From positions 1-22,272 of the forward strand of contig CAWHXD010000010.1 in NCBI GenBank assembly GCA_963833225.1: a DNA stretch of 22,272 nucleotides, written 5' to 3'. Under the pieces are notes generated by a model that was not told the DNA's origin, made no database searches, and worked only from the letters and a program-made list of their open reading frames with translations. The stretch's first letter is position 1. Each line of letters opens with the position of its first letter. The DNA comes from an uncultured Chloroflexia bacterium. Its GTDB lineage: Bacteria > Chloroflexota > Limnocylindria > Limnocylindrales > CSP1-4. Positions 16,479 to 22,272 of this stretch are shown piece after piece. The translations under genes were made by a program, and so were the position numbers.

Positions 16479-18224
16479 CTAACGCAGGGCGGCGTCGACG
16501 GCGGGCGAGGCGCTGCCAGCGCCCGATGACGCTGCAGGCGTCGACGTCGGGCTCGAGGTCGAGGTGGCCGCAGCCGTCGCGGTCGGCGTCGGCGTCGGGG
16601 TGGGGGTTGGTGTTGGCGTTGCTGCCGGAGGTGTCACGCTGGATGCGGGCGTCGGAGTGGCCGATGCCGTGGGAGATGCCACTGGCGTGGCGGTCGGCCT
16701 CGGGGTCGGCCTGGGGGTTGGCGAGATCCCGCAGGTCGACGAAGATGACGCACTGCGCGTCGCGCCGCTGCCGTTGGACGGCATCGTGGGGAAGCCCTCG
16801 GGCCGCACGCCGGCAGGGGTGAACAGGCTGGCCGCCATCCTGCGGATGGCCTTGATGTTGGGAACCTGGATCGACCCCCGGACGTCGTACCCCGCCTTGA
16901 CCAGCGGGTGCTCGATCACCGTCCGGAACACGTTCTTGCGCCCGATACCCGCCGCCACGTCGATGTAGTCGGCGATCAGGCTGGGCCTGATGTTGGTGCT
17001 GATGGTCTGGCCCAGGGACCTGAGGAACTTCGACGGGTTCTCGAGGAAGGCGCCGCGCACGAGCCGGTCGCGCAGTGCCGCGATGACCTCCTGCTGGCGA
17101 GCGGCACGCGTGAAGTCGCTCTCGCCGGCGGCCTTGCGCACCCGCGCGTAAGCCAGGGTCTGGTAGCCGTTCATGTGGTACCAGCCGGGCGAGATCCCGA
17201 ACCCGCTGACCCGGTGGCCCGGCTGCTTGTAGTTCGGGTCGCAGAAGCCATCGGTGACGTTGATGTTGACGCCGCCCACCGAATTGACCACGTACACGAA
17301 CCCGCCCAGGTTCACCTGCGCCCAGTAGTCGATCCTGATGCCGAGCAGGGTGCCGATCGCGGCCGCGAGCACCGACTGGCCGTCCTTGGCACCGGGGAAC
17401 TTGCCAGGATGCCAGCGGACATACGAGACGAGGCTGTTGAGCTTGGCGCTGAACGTGCGTCCGTCGGGGAGCGGGACGTCCACCATGTCGCGCGGAATCG
17501 AGGCCATCGAGATCGTCTTGCCGACCGGGTCGAGCGAGGCCACGATCATCGTGTCCGTGAGCGCCGTGTTGCGGCCGATGCCCGAGTCGATACCGATCAA
17601 CAGCACGTTGACGCGCGGAACCCCGGGCGTCGCCGACGGCGATTCGGATGGCGACGCGGAGGGCAGCTCGCTGGCACCAGTCGCGGGCGACGGTGAGGCA
17701 AGGCCGAAATCCGGGTCGTCCGAGGCGACAGGCGGGGCGCTCGGATCGGGCACCCATGCTCCGCCCTCGGCGACCGGCCGGAACACCTCCGTAGCCGCGC
17801 TCTGGGCGTCGATGGTCACGCCGGCCAGGTACAGCTGCGGGCCGACGATGAAGGCGATCGAGATGGCCGTGGCCGCCACGGTGGCAATGGTTGGCCGGAA
17901 CCTCGCCAGCATCCGGGTCGCACCGAGCGCGAACAGGCGCCAGATCAGGATGGCGATCTGGAGCACGACCAGCGCCCCGAGCACCCCGGGATCGACCAGC
18001 CGAGCCGCCAGCGCGACCGCGCTGCTGCTGGCGAGGATCAGGATCAGCCCGGCCGCCAGAGCGAGCACCATCGGAGCGGCCAGGATGAGGCCCCAGCGGA
18101 CCCGGCCGGCGACGAGGTGGCCCAGGCCGGGGAACAGGGCATTGAGCAGCAGCAACCGCGGTGCATCCGGCCGGCGGCGCGACGGCTTCGTGACCCGGTC
18201 GGGCTCGGGGTAGGGCTCGGACAT
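16479..18224 (-). CDS. LCP (LytR-CpsA-Psr) family phosphotransferase with multi-TM N-terminus and Pro/Thr-rich tail
   Basis: NVLLIGID, TDTMIV, SIPRD, KLNS, LAYARVR and SDFTRAARQQ motifs; N-terminal FPGLGHL TM region; (PT)n C-terminus. Confidence 0.93.
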   Translation of the reverse strand: MSEPYPEPDRVTKPSRRRPDAPRLLLLNALFPGLGHLVAGRVRWGLILAAPMVLALAAGLILILASSSAVALAARLVDPGVLGALVVLQIAILIWRLFALGATRMLARFRPTIATVAATAISIAFIVGPQLYLAGVTIDAQSAATEVFRPVAEGGAWVPDPSAPPVASDDPDFGLASPSPATGASELPSASPSESPSATPGVPRVNVLLIGIDSGIGRNTALTDTMIVASLDPVGKTISMASIPRDMVDVPLPDGRTFSAKLNSLVSYVRWHPGKFPGAKDGQSVLAAAIGTLLGIRIDYWAQVNLGGFVYVVNSVGGVNINVTDGFCDPNYKQPGHRVSGFGISPGWYHMNGYQTLAYARVRKAAGESDFTRAARQQEVIAALRDRLVRGAFLENPSKFLRSLGQTISTNIRPSLIADYIDVAAGIGRKNVFRTVIEHPLVKAGYDVRGSIQVPNIKAIRRMAASLFTPAGVRPEGFPTMPSNGSGATRSASSSSTCGISPTPRPTPRPTATPVASPTASATPTPASSVTPPAATPTPTPTPTPTPTATAAATSTSSPTSTPAASSGAGSASPAVDAALR

Positions 18225-18280
18225 CGCAGCGAAGGATGCGGCCGATCAGGAAAGCCCGCAACTCCGAGGCTGGGTTCCGG

Positions 18281-18286
18281 TACCGT
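18281..18286 (+). promoter_or_regulatory. -10 element TACCGT, leaderless
   Basis: Lies 6 nt before the in-frame GTG 18293. Confidence 0.55.
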
Positions 18287-18292
18287 CGCCTG

Positions 18293-19564
18293 GTGACTGA
18301 GATCGGGCACGCGCCGATTCGCCGTTCGCCGCCGAGCCAGGACTGGCGGATCCCGATGACCGTGTTCTGGATCACGCAGCTGGTCGAGACCATCGGCGTG
18401 AGCCAGGTGTTCGCGCTGCTGCCGACGGCCCTCCGTGAGATGGGTGTGCCGGAATCGGATCGGATCCCGTTCGTCGGCCTGTACAGCTCCTTGCTGTTCG
18501 TGCTGGGGCTTCCGCTGGTCCCGCTATGGGGCGTGTGGGCCGACAAGATCAGTCGCAAGGCGGTGATCATCCGGAGCGCCGTGGTCGAGGCGGTCGTGTT
18601 CGCCGTCGCGGCGACGGCGCACGAGCCCTGGCAGCTGGCCGTGGCCGTGATGCTGTTCGGGCTGCAGCTCGGCAACACGGGCGTGATGCTGGCAGCCATA
18701 CGCGATGTCGTGCCGCGCGCGCGCCTGGGCACGATGATCTCGCTGTTCGGAGCGGCCGGACCGGCCGGCCTCGCGGTCGGACCGGCGCTGGCCGGGGTCC
18801 TCATCGACCAGCTCGGCTGGTCAGTGTCGAACGTGTTCGTCCTGTCTTCCGCCCTGTCGGCCGCGACGGCGCTGCTGGTCGGCCTGGGCACCCGCGAGAT
18901 CCGGCCCGACGTCGTGCCCCAGGGAACGGTGCTGAGGCTCGCGTTCGGTGCCGTCGTTGGTGTGCTGCGCGACCCCGCCGTGCGACGGCTGTTCGCCATC
19001 TACGGCATCGTGTTTCTCGCTAACCAGGTCTCGCGCCCCTACACGCCGCTGCTGGTCGAGGGCCTGCTGGGAACGGGTGAGGGGCTCGCCTCGGGGATCG
19101 GTCTGGTGATGGGCGTGGCCGCGCTGGTCGGGGCGCTGGCATCTCCCGTCGGCGGATGGCTTGGGGACCGGATCGGCTTTCGACCTGTGCTGGTCGTGGC
19201 CCTGCTCGCGGGCGGCGTCTCGAGCGCCCTGATGCCGGCGATGCCCACGGTAGCCCTGCTGGCCGCGGCCGCCGTCCTGCTTGGGGCCGCCTTCGCGACC
19301 ACCGGCGCGATGGTGTTCTCGCTGCTGGCCACGGAGGTCCCGTCCGAGCGCCGGTCGACGACGCTCAACCTCGTGTATCTGCCGCTGTACGTGGCCGGGA
19401 TCGTCGGACCGGCCGTCGGCGGTGGCCTCGCGGCGGTGGCGGGTGCGGGCAGCCCGTTCGTCCTCGGGGCGGTGGTGTTCGTCGCCGGCGGGTTGACGAT
19501 TGCGCTCCTCGGCCGGCGAGGCTCGGATCGCGTGCCCGTCTCGTCGGGCACGGCGGGTCGATAG
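18293..19564 (+). CDS. MFS transporter, DHA1/MdtG-like 12-TMS
   Basis: PLWGVWADKISRK and GGWLGDRIGFR (motif A in both halves), plus VGPALAG. Confidence 0.9.
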   Translation: MTEIGHAPIRRSPPSQDWRIPMTVFWITQLVETIGVSQVFALLPTALREMGVPESDRIPFVGLYSSLLFVLGLPLVPLWGVWADKISRKAVIIRSAVVEAVVFAVAATAHEPWQLAVAVMLFGLQLGNTGVMLAAIRDVVPRARLGTMISLFGAAGPAGLAVGPALAGVLIDQLGWSVSNVFVLSSALSAATALLVGLGTREIRPDVVPQGTVLRLAFGAVVGVLRDPAVRRLFAIYGIVFLANQVSRPYTPLLVEGLLGTGEGLASGIGLVMGVAALVGALASPVGGWLGDRIGFRPVLVVALLAGGVSSALMPAMPTVALLAAAAVLLGAAFATTGAMVFSLLATEVPSERRSTTLNLVYLPLYVAGIVGPAVGGGLAAVAGAGSPFVLGAVVFVAGGLTIALLGRRGSDRVPVSSGTAGR

Positions 19565-19650
19565 CCGAACCTTCGTCTGCCACGCCCGGGCGGTTCCCTG
19601 GTGAGACAGGCTGCGCTACGATCGGCACATGCGGACCGGGATGCCTCCAG

Positions 19651-20652
19651 ATGCCCAACCTGCTGCTCCGGCCACGACGACGCGGGGTCTCTTCCGGCGC
19701 GCTCGGCGGCCCGCCGGGTGCCACACCTGAGGACGTCGAACCCGAGGTCATCACTGCCTCCGGAGTGCGCTGGCTGAACCTCGAGCGGCCCCGCGAGGCG
19801 GATCGGGACTGGCTCGAACGCGAGTTCGCGTTCCACCCGCTGGCGATCGAGGATGTCGCCTCGCGCAACCAGCGACCCAAGCTCGACGCCTACGACGACT
19901 ACCTGTTCATCGTTCTCCACTTCCCGGTGTTCGACAAGCCCAGCGGGCGCCTGCTCACCGCCGAGCTCGATCTGTTCGTCGGGCCCGACTACCTCATCAC
20001 GCTGCCCGATCAGAACCTGCCGCCGCTGGGCGCCATGTTCGAGCGCTACCGGGAGCGTGAGGAGGTGCGGGGGGGCGTGTTCTCCAAGGGCACTGGGTAT
20101 CTCCTGTACAAGATCGTCGACACCTGCGTCGACGCCTCGTTCCCGATGCTGCGCAAGATGGGCGCCAAGCTCGACCGGCTCGAGGACGACATCTTCGAGG
20201 GCCGGTCCGCGCAGATCGTGCGCGACATCTCCAATGTCAAACAGGAGATCATCAACTTCCGGCGCGGGGTCCGCCCCATGCGCGCCGTGCTGCGCGATCT
20301 GGAACGGACCAAGCAGCGCTACCTGGCCGACGACCTGGACATCTACTTCGACGACATCACCGACGCGGCCGAGCGGATCTGGGACGTGCTCGAGAACTAC
20401 AAGGAGGTCGCCGAGGCGCTCGAGGATTCGAACGAGTCGGTGCTGTCGCACCGGTTGAACCAGTCGATCCGCGTGCTGACCGCGTTCAGCGTCGCGATGC
20501 TGCCGCTGACGTTGCTGGCCTCGATCTTCGGGATGAACGTTCCGCTGCCCGGGCAGTCGGGCAGCCTCAACGAGTTCCTCGTGATCTCGGCGATCATGAT
20601 CGCAACCCTGCTCGGCGTCCTGGTGTTCTTCCGCCGTCGCGGCTACCTGTAG
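19651..20652 (+). CDS. corA: CorA-family magnesium/cobalt transporter
   Basis: FHPLAIED, QRPKLD and LPLTLLASIFGMN motifs; two C-terminal TM helices ending RRRGYL. Start uncertain. Confidence 0.93.
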   Translation: MPNLLLRPRRRGVSSGALGGPPGATPEDVEPEVITASGVRWLNLERPREADRDWLEREFAFHPLAIEDVASRNQRPKLDAYDDYLFIVLHFPVFDKPSGRLLTAELDLFVGPDYLITLPDQNLPPLGAMFERYREREEVRGGVFSKGTGYLLYKIVDTCVDASFPMLRKMGAKLDRLEDDIFEGRSAQIVRDISNVKQEIINFRRGVRPMRAVLRDLERTKQRYLADDLDIYFDDITDAAERIWDVLENYKEVAEALEDSNESVLSHRLNQSIRVLTAFSVAMLPLTLLASIFGMNVPLPGQSGSLNEFLVISAIMIATLLGVLVFFRRRGYL

Positions 20653-20702
20653 GGCGCGGCTGCGCCCGCGCGGGGCTCGGCGCGGACATGGGCTGAAGGG
20701 CT

Positions 20703-21818
20703 CTACGCGTCCGGCAGCGACCGCTCCCCTGGTCCGATGTAGCGGACGGTGGGCCGGATCAGCCGGTTCGCCGCACCCTGCTCGATCGCATGGGCTGTCC
20801 AGCCCGCGTGCCGGGCCAGGGCGAACGTCGCCGGGAACAGGTCGGGCGTCAGTCCCACGCCCATCAGCACCGGCGCCGCGTAGTACTCGACGTTCGTCTT
20901 GAGCGGCCGATCCGGATACTTCTCGGCGAGCACGCGCAGGGCGACATCCTCGACCGCGATCGCGAGATCCAGCCAGTCCGGGCGATTGTCCAGCGACTCC
21001 GCAACCTGGCGCAGGGCGGCTGCTCGCGGATCGTAGGCCCGATATACCCGGTGCCCGAAGCCCATCAGCCGCTCCTTGCGGTCGATGGCGGCGCGGACCC
21101 AGGCCTCGGCCTTGTCGGGCGAGCCCACCTGGTGGATCTGCTCCACCACCTCGGACGGCGCTCCGCCGTGGAGCGGGCCCTTCATCGCACCGATCGCGCC
21201 GCACACCGCCGAGGCGAGATCGGAGCGGGTGGAGCTGATCACCCGGCAGGTGAACGTCGAGGCGTTGAAGCCGTGCTCGGCGCCGCAGATGAAATACGCG
21301 TCGAGCGCGCGGGCGGTGGCGTCGTCCGGACGCTCGCCGTTGATCTGGTACAGGTAGCCGGCCACGAGATCGAGCTCCGGATCGGGATCGATGGGCTCCA
21401 GGCCTCGCCGAAGCCGGGCGAAGGCCGCGAGCGCCGACGGCGAGAAGGCGGTCAGCGCGCGCGCCTGCTCGGGGGTCGCCGGCCAGGCGAGGTCACGGGT
21501 CGTGCCCCAGACCGAGACCGCGGTCCGCAGCGCATCCATCGGCTTTGCCGTGCTGGGCAGGGACCGGAGCGCCACCAGCACGGCCGGTGGCACGGGCTCG
21601 CAGGGCAGTCTCGACCCGGGCCGCCACTCACCCGTCCACAGCAGCTCGGCGACGGCAGCATACGAGCCGTCACGAACGAGCTCGCCGATCGGGTAGCCGC
21701 GGTACAGCAGGCGGCCCGCCGCACCATCGATGTAGGACAGGGAGGACTCGCCGGCGACGATGCCTTCGAGGCCGGGCGAGTAAGGACGGGTGTCGGGCGC
21801 TGCGGCAGGCTCGGTCAT
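20703..21818 (-). CDS. Citrate synthase / 2-methylcitrate synthase family enzyme
   Basis: YSPGLEG, LLYRGY, AEHGFNASTF, GPLHGGA, MGFGHRVY..DPRA, NVEYY and R..GWTAH. ATG 21818 lies 7 nt after TACCAT. Confidence 0.95.
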   Translation of the reverse strand: MTEPAAAPDTRPYSPGLEGIVAGESSLSYIDGAAGRLLYRGYPIGELVRDGSYAAVAELLWTGEWRPGSRLPCEPVPPAVLVALRSLPSTAKPMDALRTAVSVWGTTRDLAWPATPEQARALTAFSPSALAAFARLRRGLEPIDPDPELDLVAGYLYQINGERPDDATARALDAYFICGAEHGFNASTFTCRVISSTRSDLASAVCGAIGAMKGPLHGGAPSEVVEQIHQVGSPDKAEAWVRAAIDRKERLMGFGHRVYRAYDPRAAALRQVAESLDNRPDWLDLAIAVEDVALRVLAEKYPDRPLKTNVEYYAAPVLMGVGLTPDLFPATFALARHAGWTAHAIEQGAANRLIRPTVRYIGPGERSLPDA

Positions 21819-21825
21819 GGGCACG

Positions 21826-21831
21826 ATGGTA
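21826..21831 (-). promoter_or_regulatory. -10 element TACCAT, leaderless
   Basis: Lies 7 nt upstream of ATG 21818. Confidence 0.6.
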
Positions 21832-21835
21832 GTCC

Positions 21836-21858
21836 TCGCGCCCGGGACGCGGGCGCGA
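21836..21858 (-). terminator. GC-rich hairpin downstream of the GlsB/YeaQ gene; possible terminator
   Basis: TCGCGCCCG-ggacg-CGGGCGCGA, a 9-bp perfect stem with no U-tract. Confidence 0.3.
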
Positions 21859-21884
21859 CGTCGCGCCGACGCTGTGGCGGGCGG

Positions 21885-22133
21885 TCAGCGCTGCTCGAGC
21901 GCCCGAAGAACGATGCGCACGACGATGGCCCCCAGCGTCGCGACGACCAGCGCCCCGACGAACCCCTGCGCCCGCCCCAGGGCCATCTGGTCGACCAGCC
22001 AGCCCCCGACCAGGCCGCCCACGATGCCGACCGCGATGGTGGGCAGGCAGCCCTGGACGCTGCGCACGCCGACCACCCAGCCGGAGATCGACCCGGCGAG
22101 CAACCCAATGATCAGCCACCAGAAGGCGTCCAT
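21885..22133 (-). CDS. GlsB/YeaQ/YmgE family (transglycosylase-associated) membrane protein
   Basis: 82 aa with three TM segments: WLIIGLLAG, IAVGIVGGLVGGWL and VATLGAIVV. GACACT lies 6 nt upstream. Confidence 0.88.
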   Translation of the reverse strand: MDAFWWLIIGLLAGSISGWVVGVRSVQGCLPTIAVGIVGGLVGGWLVDQMALGRAQGFVGALVVATLGAIVVRIVLRALEQR

Positions 22134-22208
22134 GGCTCGAGTGTCGCACGGACTGCCGCCAGGCGACCATATCCATCGAGCGCGGGTTGGCGTGGGACAG
22201 CCCTGCGA

Positions 22209-22271
22209 TCAGCCGCCGAGGAATGCCTCGGCGGCCGCGACGAACGCGTCCGGATGGCTATGGTGGGCAGC
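22209..22271 (-). CDS. C-terminal fragment of a probable alpha/beta hydrolase (truncated by window edge)
   Basis: AAHHSHPDAFVAAAEAFLGG* resembles the P..F...V..FL terminal helix of alpha/beta hydrolases; only 20 aa are visible. Confidence 0.5.
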   Translation of the reverse strand, partial: AAHHSHPDAFVAAAEAFLGG

Positions 22272-22272
22272 G

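Noticed and set aside
16570-16720. GGCGTCGGGGTG-like repeats
   Set aside because: Explained by the Pro/Thr-rich tail of the LCP protein on the minus strand.
20652-20667. Hairpin GGGCGC-ggct-GCGCCC between corA and the citrate synthase gene
   Set aside because: Short stem with no U-tract; not enough to call a terminator.

Overview
High-GC bacterial chromosomal window that is mostly housekeeping and transport genes. Gene content and style suggest Chloroflexota (Limnocylindria-like), but that is inference. In order: 3' end of selB, mobA, a YtcJ-like amidohydrolase broken by two single-base frameshifts, a small MBL-fold hydrolase, a secreted DRDQLRD-repeat protein, a 14-TMS MFS exporter, a peptidase S51-like protein, a double zinc-ribbon protein, an Mre11/SbcD-like nuclease plus a Rad50/SbcC(YhaN)-like ATPase with a membrane hairpin at its coiled-coil apex, an EamA transporter, a Cys-triad-less Rrf2 regulator convergent with an Ssu/Tau-type ABC importer, a Pnkp-like P-loop kinase, an LCP protein, a second MFS, corA, a citrate synthase-family enzyme, a GlsB/YeaQ protein and the 3' end of a probable alpha/beta hydrolase. 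I saw no tRNA, rRNA, CRISPR array or mobile element. The best candidate for an undescribed system is the membrane-anchored SbcCD-like pair. It has substitutions in several catalytic motifs and sits behind a perfect palindromic operator and a long structured leader. Also notable are pervasive leaderless promoters, two possible leaderless uORFs (or indel errors), and candidate Rrf2 and OmpR-type binding sites.
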